Shown here: piece by piece, positions 24,712 through 36,725 of the stretch | Layout: each line of letters starts with the position of its first letter | Position numbering within the stretch: position 1 is the stretch's first letter | From: Folioceros fuciformis | Taxonomy: Eukaryota | NCBI GenBank assembly: GCA_049999805.1 | Contig: JBNGIO010006136.1 | Coordinates: 134,929-171,653, forward strand | Length of the DNA: 36,725 nt | Reading direction: 5' to 3' | Notes under the pieces: model-generated | Told to the model about the DNA's origin: nothing | Databases searched by the model: none | The model's input: the letters and a program-made list of their open reading frames with translations, nothing else | Translations under genes and position numbers: made by a program

Positions 24712-25476
24712 TTAATTCATAGCGGGCTTATTCCAGGAAAATTTTATATGCTCCTCTTTAATCTTACCGTCCACACCCATGGCTTCAAATATGATCTCCT
24801 TCCTTCCCCAAGCCATGATGGATCTTGCTCCATACAACCATGTTCTACCAAGTAGCACATTATAGCCCGCAGTAGTCTCTGGCCTCATAACCACATAATC
24901 TAGAAGAAATGGAGCTCCGGCTATGATTGTGTGCACCCCAATCACTTCACCTACTGGAGACTTTTCAGACATATCAGCCATTCGAAGCACCTTTTTGGAA
25001 ACCTTAATTTCTAAGCCCAATTTCTTAGCAGTCTCCTCCATCATGATGTTAATGCCTGAACCCGAATCTAGAGGAACTCCTTCGATAACTTGTCCTGCAA
25101 TTTCTATTTGGAGTTCCGCAGGCCCTAGATCCTTCATTTCCATCTCCACTGGCCTTTCACCCTTCATCTTCATGTCCGTTCGCTCTACATCTTTCATTTC
25201 CATCTGTGCTAGCCCTACATCCGTGATTTCCATCTGTGTTACCTCTACATCCTTCATTTCCATCTCCACTAGCCCTACGTCCTTCATTTCCATCTCCGCT
25301 GGGGCTACATCCTTCATGTCCACCTCTGCTAGCCCTACGTCCTTCATTTCCACCTCCACTAGCCCTACCTCCTTCATTTCCACCTCCGCTAGCCCTAGGT
25401 CCTGCATTTCCATCATGATTAGGGAGACTTGCTTCTCTCTCGAATGTGGCTTCCTGAGAATAACTTGAGAATCCAC
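24712..25476 (-). CDS. Retrotransposon-type aspartic protease (retropepsin) ORF preceded by ten 10-aa repeats
   Basis: Catalytic motif PLDSGSGINIM, flap region LRMADMS...PVG and C-terminal LLGRTWL. The reading frame is open for 254 codons. The first ATG lies just before the repeats. Confidence 0.8.
   Translation of the reverse strand: MDSQVILRKPHSREKQVSLIMMEMQDLGLAEVEMKEVGLVEVEMKDVGLAEVDMKDVAPAEMEMKDVGLVEMEMKDVEVTQMEITDVGLAQMEMKDVERTDMKMKGERPVEMEMKDLGPAELQIEIAGQVIEGVPLDSGSGINIMMEETAKKLGLEIKVSKKVLRMADMSEKSPVGEVIGVHTIIAGAPFLLDYVVMRPETTAGYNVLLGRTWLYGARSIMAWGRKEIIFEAMGVDGKIKEEHIKFSWNKPAMN
25111..25410 (-). repeat. Coding minisatellite, 10 x 30 nt (consensus EMKDVGLAEM)
   Basis: EMQDLGLAEV EMKEVGLVEV EMKDVGLAEV DMKDVAPAEM EMKDVGLVEM EMKDVEVTQM EITDVGLAQM EMKDVERTDM KMKGERPVEM EMKDLGPAEL. 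Confidence 0.95.
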
Positions 25477-26164
25477 TTATCTTTATAGCCTAGTCATGAT
25501 CTATAACGTCATATATGTGTTACTTGATATGTGTAACCTGAAACTTTTGAAATTTTGCTATACTTAAAGTTAGGCAAGTGACAGATATATATACACATCA
25601 TAACGGTTCAATCAAAATTCCAAACGGTTGATAATTTTAAATACTTTCTACTTGTACTACAAGCCTTGGGTGGAGTTTTGTTGGTTAAAATTATTAAGAT
25701 ATTTATATGTAGTAGCTTATAGTTTGTATATATTTTGTTAAATAACAATTGGGCATATGGAAAAGACAAGTGTTGCTTAAAGTGTGAGCTTAGGCTTGCA
25801 AGGGTATCTTTTAACACTCTTTTAGGATAGGTTTTTAAATGTATTTTTTTATTTAATTTATTAATAATGAGAATATATAGCTTGACCTCTTTCCAATACT
25901 GTCTAAAAACCAAGTTTATATGTTATACTGTGTAAGATAACTGGAGTAAAATCGAGAAGTACATAATAATCCTATTAGGGAGATTCATGACTCAGAGAAT
26001 CAAACAATTGCTTCAGTTAAGCACACGTATTTCGGTACATACCCAGTTTAATATGTATCACATCTAAAAGTCTAGCGTTTAACCACTGCGCATTCACACT
26101 ACCAACCAGAGTTCTGTTGACCATTACAACACCTCTTGAACGGTAACTGTAGACTTCAGGCCTC

Positions 26165-29100
26165 TCACTCCGGTTGCGGGCGTGCTTGGACAATATAGAC
26201 AGTATCATCCACAACACACCCCTCCACGTCTTGAGCTGCGCCGAATTTTTGTTCCAAGAAGAAACCAACCGCAGCGAGGCGCTGTCCAATGAGCTTGCGA
26301 TAATCCGTCTCGGTCGAAAGGCGCACTTTGCTGTAGTCGATGATCCTGGGCACGATCTTGGCATTTGCAGACTCCCCAGGTTGCACAATCAATTCATCGC
26401 TGAAGTTGGCAAACGCCATGGTTCTTACGCTCCCGTCAAACTTGCCACACTGAAGACGCCAAGGTGTGCCTTTTTTACCCGATGCCAGAGTCTCTCCCAG
26501 GCCCACAGCTATTTCCGCTTGCACTACGTTTGCATTCCGATCTATCGGACTCACAGTGTGCAGAACGAAACTCAACACTGGGCTCAATAGCTCTTGGACT
26601 AAAACTGCCATTCTTGCTGCTCGCTGGGGAATACCAGCAACTCTTCTGCTAAGAACAGCTCGTCGAGTATAGAGGGATGCCCACACCTCAGATACTGCCT
26701 TGCCAAAGGCTTCCGGCTCAGATGTTCTCACATTTGCAATGGAATCATAGAGACCAGCCCCAGACATACCAGCCAAATCCTCCACATTTGCACTGGATCT
26801 GACGATCAGTCTAGCATCCGCCTGGAAAGCCTTCCCTATACTGTTTATAACCGATGCAGGCAACCTCTGTGCACGAACCAGCGACCTCAGCTCATTACAT
26901 ACTTTATCCAGCTCACCACCTTCCAGTTGGACGGTTTCCACTTTTTCCAATAATGATTCGAACTGCTTGAACTTGCCACTGGCCGACAAAGCCTCCTCCA
27001 TGGCTCCAAAGGGTATCACTCTACCCTCTGGCACTTTAAATGCTGCAGGAACTCCCTGATCGCTGAACACTGCCATCGGCCACACAACCATCAACAGAAA
27101 GACGGAAAACAAGAGACAAATCAGCGCCAGAACAACCTGTAAGACTGAATGCATACCCTTCAGAGCCTGCTCAGCTAATGCAGCCAGTTGCCCACAAAAC
27201 GCAGCCTTCGCACCCGCTGTCTCTGTAACAGCTTTCGACAACTCCAAGATAGTACCAGCTTTACTGGCCACAACCTGAAATTCCACGACGCAGATCTTCA
27301 GCTTACGTGCACATGTATGCTACCTCCTAAGATCCTCCAAGTGACAAAAAATCATCGGAGCATACCTGACTCTCTTTCACAAGCACCTTGGTTCTGCCCG
27401 TAGTAGCTTGCGGGCCGAAGGTACCGTCCCCAGCTGCCTTTTCCTGTGCTGCATGCCTCTTCGTAACGCTTGCGAGCTCCACATCTCCGCTTTTTGGCCC
27501 AGTGTGCGCCGTAACACTCACACCTTCTGGTGTTGCCTCCAACCTGCAACACAACGTTGAGAATACACACGTAACTTGGTATCGTGAAAGGCCTAGAATC
27601 GGAAGTCAGACACACTTCGAGAAGGGAAGACTGTTACTTGATTGTTCGTCCCGCCAGGGCATGGATATCTGCAATCCTGTCCTCGTCATCGCATGTAACA
27701 AACACGACCTTCTCCTGCAGGAATACAGACGGTTGATAGGCTTGGATTAGGCAGCTGGCACAGAACAGAAATTCGCTGAAACTGTAAAGCCATCCCCAGC
27801 ACAGCTACAGACCTGTCGGGCACGGACGCCCAAATGTGATAGATGAGGAAGTTCGTGCTGAAGGATCACACCGGCCACATTACGACCCGCAGCCTTTACC
27901 TGCAGTTTCCACAACACTGATACGAGTTGAAGAGAAGCATTTTCTAATAACTTGAGAGTCGAACAGATTGCATTGGGACAAACCTCCTCGTCACCGTCAG
28001 ATTCCTTCACCAAAAGCACGACGGGCCCCTCGACCGATTTCTGGAGAGAGCCTGGAACAATACGCTCTACCTGTGCCGAAATCACGGTTGTCAGCTTCAT
28101 GATGTGCAGAACTGCTCCAGGTTCAGTGATAGCGGTCTTCGAAGATGAGATACACGAGATTCAAAAATGAAAGCCAGTCAAATTACCCAGATATTACCTC
28201 CAGTAAAGTCCCATACGCCACACCCGGCATAAGTGTATCCCAGCCCTCAGTACCAGTGATAGACCGGACAGCTTTCAGGAGAAGAGAGCACAGCTTGGAA
28301 AGCTGAAAGACTACACTGAGAACACAAGACAACCAGATCAGGAGGGCAGATCAAATCACATACACGCGGACGGTACTTTCTCCCTGAATCACTCACTGCC
28401 TTTTGCAACGACCTGAACTAACATCCCAAGTAAAACGAACCTTGCACGAATTTCAGCTTCTGCATACGTCCTGACACTGTTCTCGGGTATCCCTAACGCC
28501 TTTCCCAGTTTCTGCTCGATTCAAAGAAAACACGGCCGATCAAGGTCGGCATGCGACACTCTGCTACTTTGAACTGCCATCGCTGAAGCTTTACACTGAA
28601 AACTCTGAGAGCAATCCACTCACCTCAACACGATCGGGAAAAAGCTGCAAAATGATGTCGGAGTAGGCTTCTGCAAGACGTCGTGCACGATCCAGAGTCC
28701 CCTTGAGCCTCAAGGCCCATACTCTCAAGCCCTCTTCCTTGTCTACATGGAAGAACCGTGCACGAAACTGGAGTGAGACATCTTTCTTGATTTGTCCAAA
28801 ATGCACCGTCCTTGCTTTCTACTCGTGCCATTTTACGCATAGATCATAAACTTGGTTCGTTTGCTGATTACCTGCGGTCTGGGGAACACCAGCAGCCTGC
28901 CAAGACATCAGCTCATTCTCAATGGCAAGGCATTCTCCCTGCTGGAATCCGGACAAGCCAAGCTGACGAACACCGAGAACCGTTGCACCTAAAGGATGGT
29001 TCCATACTCCAATGTTCCCAACCCGTACTTCTTTTGCAAGCCACTTGGGACCACCAGCAGCATCCAACGTATTTATGAACCTGCGCAAACACAAGATATT

Positions 29101-31640
29101 GGACTCGGCCAACCCTCCTGGTAATCGATGACAAGACATGTTACGAACCTGCTCAGTAGCACAAAAGAGTAGTCCTCCATCCCAATCTCAGACAATCGCC
29201 ACTGTAGAGGAAGAGTACCACTGATGAAGCTCCCAGTTCTTGAAAAAGAGGAGGCGTCAAACAACTAAACCGGAAATGTAGGTCAACACACCTTCTGACG
29301 CATAGCAATAGCATCATCTGGGGCATCATTCCGGAGTCCGCTCTCCAAACCCTTAAGAAGGCCAGCTCTAAAGCCTGTAAGTGCGTGCAGGGTTCCAATC
29401 AAAGCGTCTGTCCCTTTCACAGCACTCCCATTTCCAACAGCCTGGCCCAGTTCATCCAGTTTCTGCAATGGACGGCATGTCCTATCAGACAGAGGAGGGC
29501 ATCAAATGTGGCTCGGAAGCTAATGGAAGGAAGAAAGGAACGTCGAGCTCCTGGAACTGCGCACCCTACCCTCTTCTGACTCAGAAAATTGTCAAGTGCG
29601 GTGGCGTGCATCTCATCCAGAGATGGACGAACACCCTCCAATTGCTCGGTCAAGCTGCGCAAACCAAGATATTCAGCTAGCGTTCCAGACTTACTTCGAA
29701 ACAGAGATGCAACTTGACACTGAAGTGTTGCAGACGGGCATGAAATAGGAAAGGCACTCACTTTCCTGCATTGAAGAAGTCCTTCAACTCGCTGTAGAAA
29801 ATTTTCAGCTGATCGAGAAAGGCTTCGCTATACTCCCCACGGTTCTTGGTGACGCGGGCTAGCAGTGCCTCGGTTGCCACTAGGTCTTCCGGACCAGCAT
29901 TTCGATGAAGCTTGTTCTGAATGGTATGCTTGATTTCTTGCTACAACCGACAGTAAGGACGGTGTGGGCTTCATGGACATGGCAGTACGAGAAAGTCGAC
30001 TCGAATCTAAAAGAAAGTTGTACAAATGATACCTTGAGATCGTGGGGAATATCATTCCTGTGGGCAATGTCCCTTATTCGAGTCAAGGGGACTGCCGCTG
30101 TGAACTCAGCTTTAAAAGCTGGCAAGTTAGGGTGGATCTTTCTCACGACAACGTCGTCCTGCACAGCAGGGACACGTATCTGAACAACCCGATCACGATG
30201 AAAGGTCAACAGCGACAGAATCGACTGTAAGTGAGGGAACTCACCTTGGAAGAGACCTTCTTGTCAGTAACGTGTCTCTCCAACTCGATGAAAATGAGAC
30301 GGGATATCTCTGCATGTTTGTTCGGACGGTGATGACTGCCATCTTCATAGCATTGAACTTGACCAGTATTGATCCACTGACCTTCCCGTTATGCAGGAAA
30401 GCAACCAGTCAGAAAGAAAAAAACTCTGCCGCATCCGACACAGAGGTAGGAAAAATGAGACGCCGGACCATCAGAAAAGCCAGATGCAGCACGTCGATGC
30501 GATGAGACTTAACTACCTTCAGGTAAGCTGCAGAGTAAACGAGGGCGTCCAAACGCTCTGCGTCCCCTAAGTGGCTGGTAACGAGTTCTCGCACCACCTC
30601 CAACTGCAGGCACGGCTCACCAGAACAACTGTCAGGCAGGACGCATGCCATGCTGCTGGAGCGAGCTACACAAATTCACCAGCACTGCACACTCTAGCAA
30701 GGACCAATGGCCAGTCAAGGGGTACCTTCCGCCACCAGTTGCTAGCAGAACGGTCTCCCTCCACAATCTTGAGGGCAGCGCCGTGCAATCCCGACACATC
30801 CCACTTCCCGGACCGCTGGCTGGAGTGCTCGTTGGAGCGCATGAAAGAGATGTCCCTGCCTTGCCAACCTTGCACGAGAGACGTGGACTCTATCTCACCA
30901 GAAGAGGGACTACCTTCCCTGGTCTCCGGCTGGGGCAGATCAGCGTGCGAAACGGCTGTGCCATTCTCAGACGCCACGCTCTCGAGCCCGGGGGGGCGCG
31001 TGACGCAGACGAAATTCACCTGCTCCTGAGTTCTATCCCAATGCGACACCACCTCAAACCCCGCCACCTCCCCGGGAAGCTGCAGAGCCCGGTTAGGCCC
31101 ACCCTCCCAAACAACGTGGCCGTCCCCGGTCACGAGCACGTACTTGAACTCCACAGCCTCCCCCGCATTGGCCTGGATGTCCACCACCCAACCCTCCGGC
31201 GTCCACACCATGGGGATGCGGTTCTGCCAGGAGCCAGTCCAGTCAGCTGAGCCGATGACGGCATGGTGCTCCCCGAATTGCACCTGATGGTCCAGCCGCA
31301 GCCGGAGCCTGACTTTCTGGTCTTGGCAGCGGGTGACCACGGCGGACGCCCTTGGGGAAGCGGCAGCCGAGTGAGACAGTGCAGAACAAGCATGGAAAAC
31401 GCACAAGGTGCGCAAGCGCAAGGCTGGGAACTACCTAGCGTGCATCCTCACGGCGGGGCGAGAGCTGACGAATCTGGCATGGCCGAAGCCGGCACGAGCC
31501 GGGGCGGTGACGGAGGGAGAGGCGCGGCGGCCGGAGTGGCAGGCGGAGTCGAAATCGTCGCGGCTCCCGATCCCGGCCCCGCGCAAGGCGCGAGAGGCCG
31601 CGAGCATTGCGTCCGAGGACAGCAGGCAGTGCAGCGCCAT
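26165..31640 (-). CDS. PWD: Phosphoglucan, water dikinase (chloroplastic), multi-exon
   Basis: Transit-peptide-like [20 protein letters not shown]20 domain [22 protein letters not shown]...EFKYVLV...WEGGPNR. Further motifs: [25 protein letters not shown], phosphohistidine segment [17 protein letters not shown], and nucleotide-binding domain GAKAAFCG...[21 protein letters not shown]...QDVEG...IVQARPQP. Confidence 0.96.
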
Positions 31641-31821
31641 CGCCGAATTGGCTCCGTCCCAGACGGAAAAGGGAAGAGCGCAGCCGGGGCGCTCTGCCTC
31701 GGCTTTCGTCTTCTCTCCAAATCCGAGCTGCTCTCCCAGACGAGGAGGCGAGGGGACGAGCCCGCTTACTTGGCTGCCGGCCCTCCCACACAAGGACCCG
31801 GTCCCGCTCTAGCCCTGCCGA

Positions 31822-31830
31822 ACACGTGGC
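31822..31830. promoter_or_regulatory. G-box/ABRE core ACACGTGGC between the divergent PWD and PUB genes
   Basis: Exact ABRE-type motif about 180 bp upstream of the PWD ATG, with a GCCACGCG coupling-element-like motif at about 31877. Motif match only. Confidence 0.4.
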
Positions 31831-32334
31831 CTGTGACAGAGAGCCGAGTCGAACACCGCCACCTGTCGCACACATTGCCACGCGGGGCAGTTACCCGCCC
31901 TTCAAACATCGTCGCGGGATTGGATCATTCTTCCTCCCTCCTCTCTCTCTCTCCCTCCACTCCCTTTATTATGTAATATAAGTACGCCTCGTAAGCCAAA
32001 AAAAAAAAAAAACAAAAACATCTGAACCTAAGTTGTAAAATAATCTAGATTCATCAAGGAAAACCCTAGATGGAGCTACAACAAAAATATCTTATATTAA
32101 AATTAGCTTATCTTAACTCAGTTCTTTTATACATGTCAAAGACATGTTATGAAGATTCAATATAAATATTATTATCTACATAAAATCTCTATAAATAATA
32201 TACATATATATATTACTATACTGATTTTTAGGAAAACTTATATACTTTGGATAATCATGATTTTAATTTCATTTTACATTTGGCATAAATTTACAATTTA
32301 TTGAGTCAAGTGTACACCATAGTCATGTTCAAAA

Positions 32335-35300
32335 ATGGACATTGATTTGCAATGGTTTTGGAAGGAGAACGAAGATGGAAGTGATCAAGGAGCATGGCCA
32401 AAAGATGTTATCGAATTGTTGGCTTACATAGTTCTTGAAGGAAGAGAAGTGTTGTGTTATAAAGAACTGTTTTTGGACTTCATAGATAGAATAGTAGCCC
32501 TAGGGCCCTTTTTCCAAGTTCTTCAAGAGGTGTTGGAGAAGAGATTGTGTGTCAATGTGAGTTCAATCCAACAAGAGCAAACAACAAGTGAAGCATTTAA
32601 ATCCTTAGGTGACCAAGAATTGTGTTCCAGTGGGAAACAACTCAAGGATGAAGATGCTAACATTAAGACATGTGCAAGTACTCCAAATGACGAATACAAC
32701 AATGATACTACCATTTCCTCTAAAACTTGTGCCCAAGAAGGAGGTTTAGATGCCTTAGTGACTATGCTAAGACAAGTGGTGGGACTAATTCACCTTTGCA
32801 AAAGTCCTCAACTTCTAACATATGTGCTTTTTGAGAATGAAGAATTGGTTCAAAGACTTGCTTCTATAAGGTTTCGTATGGGAGACATAGTAGAAGCCCT
32901 TCTCCAGAAAATCATAAGTAAAGGTGATATAGTTTTCCGAGAGGCTATTGGTGGTGTGCTTGACACCACAATTGTTGCATACCAAAATTTGCAAAGCAAA
33001 TCCTTCTTAGTTGATGAAGACGACAAAGAGATGATGGATGCCATTTGCACTCTCATAGAGAGGTATAAACCTGGTAGCCAGCCATACATCCTCTCCAAAG
33101 ACCTACACCAACAAGTTGATGGGTTTTTTGAGAGCTTGATCTTGGAAAGTTCGTCTCCAAGAAACATTGTATTTGACCCATTAGAGAAGGAATTTCAAAT
33201 GTTGTGCGAAGCTATTATGTCAACAGGATCTTTTTACTTAGACGCAGAACAATCCAAAACTTTTGAATCGAATCCCCTGAATTCTACAAAAGTAGATAGG
33301 AGAAAAAGTGCCACAAGTGTCATATGGACAAGGCCTCAAGCTTGTGTAGAGAAGCTCCCACCACATAGCCCTCGTGTATTGTTAGAGGTTGATTCTCCCA
33401 CAATACTTTGTGGAGGTTTTATTGAAAAATCTTTACAAGAAACACCAGAAAAAGGTAAGTTGTTATCTATGATATGATCTTACTTCCATATGTTACAAGT
33501 CACATTGTCTTCAAATGTTGTGAAACTGTGATAAGCTTGAGTTCTTATAAAAAGAATGTCTCTTCAGAAATCAATGAAGTTCCAGCTTTGGAGAAGGAAA
33601 ATGCTCCTTCAAGTAGTCAGCGACAATCTTATATTGCTAGGAGTCGTAGGGTGAGTCGTAAATCATTTGGTAGAGGAGATGACGAACCTCCTTGGGAATT
33701 TTTATGTCCTATAAGCAGGGAGCTTATGAGTGATCCAGTCATAGTGGCAACAGGCCAAACTTATGAGCGAAATCCAATTCGAAAGTGGATTGGAGAGGGT
33801 CATCGCAACTGCCCTGTAACAGGTAGCTTCATTTCACAACGTATTCTCATTTTCATTCAACTTAGAAAAGATTTGTTGATAAAAATCATGTAGTCATACC
33901 CACCTGATCTTTTTGCAAAAAATGTGGCAGGGCTTGCATTAAACAACATAGACTTGCTACCTAATTATGCACTCCGCCATGCAATTGAAAGATGGGCTTC
34001 TACTCGCGGAATCACCCTAGCTAAGCCGGAAATCGTCCCAGCACCACGTTCGACTGGAACAACTTATGTAAATCCTGAATGGGGTGGTAGATTGCCTGAC
34101 TCTGATACAGTTGTTATGATCGCTGTTAAAAAATTGTATTGTGGAACAATTGAAGAGCAGGTACGTAACAACTTAAACTTCTAGGGATTCCATCTTATAT
34201 AACAGAGGACAGAAATCACTATTTCATCTTCATTTTCTTGTAGGAGGCAGCACTAGCTCAGCTGTGCAGCATAACAAGTGAAGGCGGGGAGGAGGGAAGG
34301 TACAAAACTGCTGAAGCAGGAGCTGTACCTCCTTTAGTCTACCAATTGGATATTGGCAACATGAAGGCGAAAGAACTGGCAGCTAGATGTATTCGATTTC
34401 TATGTCGTAGTAGTAATCCTATGATTACACAAGCTGCTGCGAGTGCTATTCCATTTCTTGTTAAACTTCTTCGGGAGGTAGGATTTCAATCTCTCATAGA
34501 TCGCTCTCACTCTTTTCTTCATTGTGTATGAAAATCAAACATGCTTCCGTAGCATATCAAAGATGTTTTTTTTAACCTTCAACTGAGTCATGTAGGGTTC
34601 GATGGAAGCTGGAGAAGCTGCAGCTGGAGCCCTTGTAAATTTGTCAGCCAAGACTGATGTGAATAAGATTGCAATTGTAGCAGCTGGCGCCATTCCATGT
34701 TTGGTCACGATGCTAGAGACAAACAATGGGTACGTTGCAGCTCAAGAGGTGGCAGCTGCTGCACTATGCAATCTATCTATTAACAACGACAGCAGAATAC
34801 AAATTGCAACACAAGGAGCTATTCCTCTCCTAGTGCAAGTAAGAGTGCGCAACAAACTCATAAACTAGTAAAAAATACATGTATAATAGAGTGTGGTTCA
34901 ATTTGCTAACTAGGAGACATATGCCTCAGGACCTGACCTGCCGTAGATAGCGTATCTCATGGATCTCCATCACATCGACTTACCAATTTGCTTAGGAAGT
35001 AAAATTAGATCCTCAGAAGCTTGATGGCTTAAGCTTGTTGAAATCTCGCACAAGTATATTTTTTTCACAAAAATTGCTTCTATTTCAAGTATGCTATGAC
35101 ATTTCAATGGTTTTAAAAACATTTATAATGATAACACCTAACAACCCTATTTCCTACTGCCTAACTCTTTAGGTTGTAAAAAATTGTCCAACAAAAGAAG
35201 CCGGTGAATATGCTGCACATGCTCTTGGAAGTTTGGCTTGTGACAATGAGGAAAATGCTCTTATCATGGTTGAGGTACCACAAATACTTTAAGTTGTATA

Positions 35301-35993
35301 ACTCTTTGATATTGCAAAGTACAAAATATTAGGATATAGAAATATATTATATTCAAAAAGTATAAGTTTAAGATACAAATTCTTAAGGATTGCATGTAGG
35401 TGGGAGCGATCCCTGTACTACTGGCTTTTGCGGGTTCTGGCACACCCTGGGCTCAGGATGCTGCAACACGAGCTTTGCGGAATCTATCTTTTATTCCATC
35501 AATCAGGAAGACGCTTCGTGAAGAAGGAGCCATACAACAATTGGGTTCCTTAGTAGATTCAGGCACGCCTAGGTCAGCTGAAGCTGCTGTTACAGCATTA
35601 TGGAATTTGTCACTAGATGCTCAACTTGCTGAACTTCCCCTCCCATCAACTTCATCACCTCTTTTGATCTCTCCTTCAGTTGAGTCAATGTCCACAAATC
35701 AACTTTTGTCAGAAGATATTGGAAATGTAGAACCCAACCATGTAGCAATGAATTCCCCATCCCAAGTCTTACAACTACTTGACATAGAGTCTACAGAACC
35801 AATACCTCTCCCTATTGTAGATTCCATTTCTATAGAGTCAGTCCCTCTACCGATTGGGGATTCCATTCCCGTAGAGTCTTCTCCTCTACCTTTCCCTCAT
35901 TCTATCTCAATAGAATCAATACCTCTACCGTTGCCAGATTCCATGTCTATAGAACCAATACCTTTACCCATGACAGATTCAATGCCCTTGTGA
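32335..35993 (+). CDS. Plant U-box/ARM-repeat E3 ubiquitin ligase (PUB) with divergent N-terminal region, 7 exons
   Basis: U-box [46 protein letters not shown]|..[17 protein letters not shown] repeats [25 protein letters not shown] and AVTALWNLS. Phase-consistent exons at 32335-33454, 33568-33822, 33931-34160, 34244-34477, 34596-34838, 35173-35274 and 35400-35993. Confidence 0.9.
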
Positions 35994-36014
35994 CTAATAC
36001 ATCTACCACTAGAA
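35781..36014 (+). repeat. 39-nt/13-aa tandem repeat forming the PUB C-terminus (five units plus a sixth interrupted by the stop)
   Basis: [77 protein letters not shown]. Confidence 0.9.
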
Positions 36015-36725
36015 GTTTGATGTCAACTACACTTGTACTAACAATTCTTGGTGGGTGAGGGGTAACATAGATGTGTAAATCACATAACTTTCAAAACGGA
36101 ATTGTAAACCATGAAAGTTGAAAGTCTATGAACTAAAGAGGACAATCAATGGACCTATGAGTTCAGATTGACATAGTTATCTAACTCATATGATGTCTCC
36201 AGAAGGAATTATAATTGGTATCACTAAAAGTTCAATCTTGATCTAAGTGAGATGGTGTCTATAGCTCCTCACTTTTTTTTGAAGTCTATGTGTTCACATT
36301 CCGCAACATTACTTATTACTTAGCATAGTTTCCTAATCTTTGCACCTTGCACCTTTTGTTATACCCCAAGTGCTTGAGTTTTGCTCCCTTTGTCTACTTC
36401 TCTTTGAGTGATAATTGAATGTATCCCTAAACGACAATGTCAAGAACATGGGTTCTCTCTTTTCATTTTAACCATGTTTTTAAACATATACATACAAGGT
36501 TGAAAAATATATACATTATTTTGGAATATGCAGTTCAATATTTTAAATACATAGAGGAGTTGAGATGTCTTTCAAAATGTCCTCGCATTTTTTTTTTTTC
36601 AATTGTTTCTTTAAAACGAACTTCTCCTTAATATGTTTTATTCTCAAATCAAAGTTATTTCAGTAGTATAACAAATTGAAGAACATGGTTTGACTGTGTC
36701 TTATGAGTTGAAAGAAAAAGAAAAA

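Larger units (their letters stand above)
23875..25476 (-). mobile_element. 5'-truncated Ty3/Gypsy-like LTR retroelement remnant: protease ORF, PPT and putative 3' LTR (about 24697 to about 23875)
   Basis: On the - strand the retropepsin ORF stop is followed by gacttgggggcaaa (PPT-like, 24711-24698) and then TG at 24697. The downstream ~820 bp is non-coding with internal duplications and a microsatellite. The left boundary is uncertain (candidate ...TAACA at 23875 or ...TATCA at 23886). No second LTR or TSD is visible. Confidence 0.6.

Noticed and set aside
25111..25410. CRISPR-like appearance of the 30-nt repeats (also the 35-nt and 39-nt repeats)
   Set aside because: The units are contiguous with no unique spacers, there are no cas genes, and the context is eukaryotic.
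24923..25468. Ser/Thr/Ile-rich 181-aa + strand repeat ORF
   Set aside because: It is the antisense frame of the protease repeat array. The - strand carries the recognisable catalytic motif.
25490..25992. AT-rich block with weak terminal inverted similarity (agtcatgatct / agattcatgact), possible MITE
   Set aside because: The match is short and gapped with a palindromic core, and no TSD was identified.
30571..31981. Several long overlapping + strand ORFs (up to 237 aa) over the PWD 5' end
   Set aside because: These are antisense shadows of GC-rich exons, which are depleted of stop codons, and no domains are recognisable.

Overview
This is eukaryotic land-plant nuclear DNA. It is gene-dense with many short GT-AG introns (about 70-200 nt) and moderately GC-rich exons, which suggests a compact non-seed-plant genome such as a hornwort or lycophyte (inference only). 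There are eight host genes: class IV glutaredoxin GRX-DEP-DUF547 (-), importin-beta SAD2/importin-7-8 (+), PEX5 (-), SIP aquaporin (-), mPGES2-like GST (-), an intronless degenerate-Nudix protein (+), phosphoglucan water dikinase PWD/GWD3 (-) and an AT-rich UND/U-box/ARM E3 ligase (+). The window also contains a Ty3/Gypsy-derived remnant at about 23.9-25.5 kb, a probably TE-derived low-complexity region at 1-2193, and a 100-N assembly gap. I found no convincing new multi-gene system. The best leads are: a retroviral-type protease ORF with ten 10-aa repeats that stops directly at a polypurine tract (no RT/RH/INT); a glutaredoxin with SREC instead of CxxC; a candidate 12-nt PEX5 microexon; and a divergent PUB whose repeat tail runs past its stop codon. 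Exon boundaries were inferred by eye. Most ORF-track entries are exon fragments or antisense shadows.
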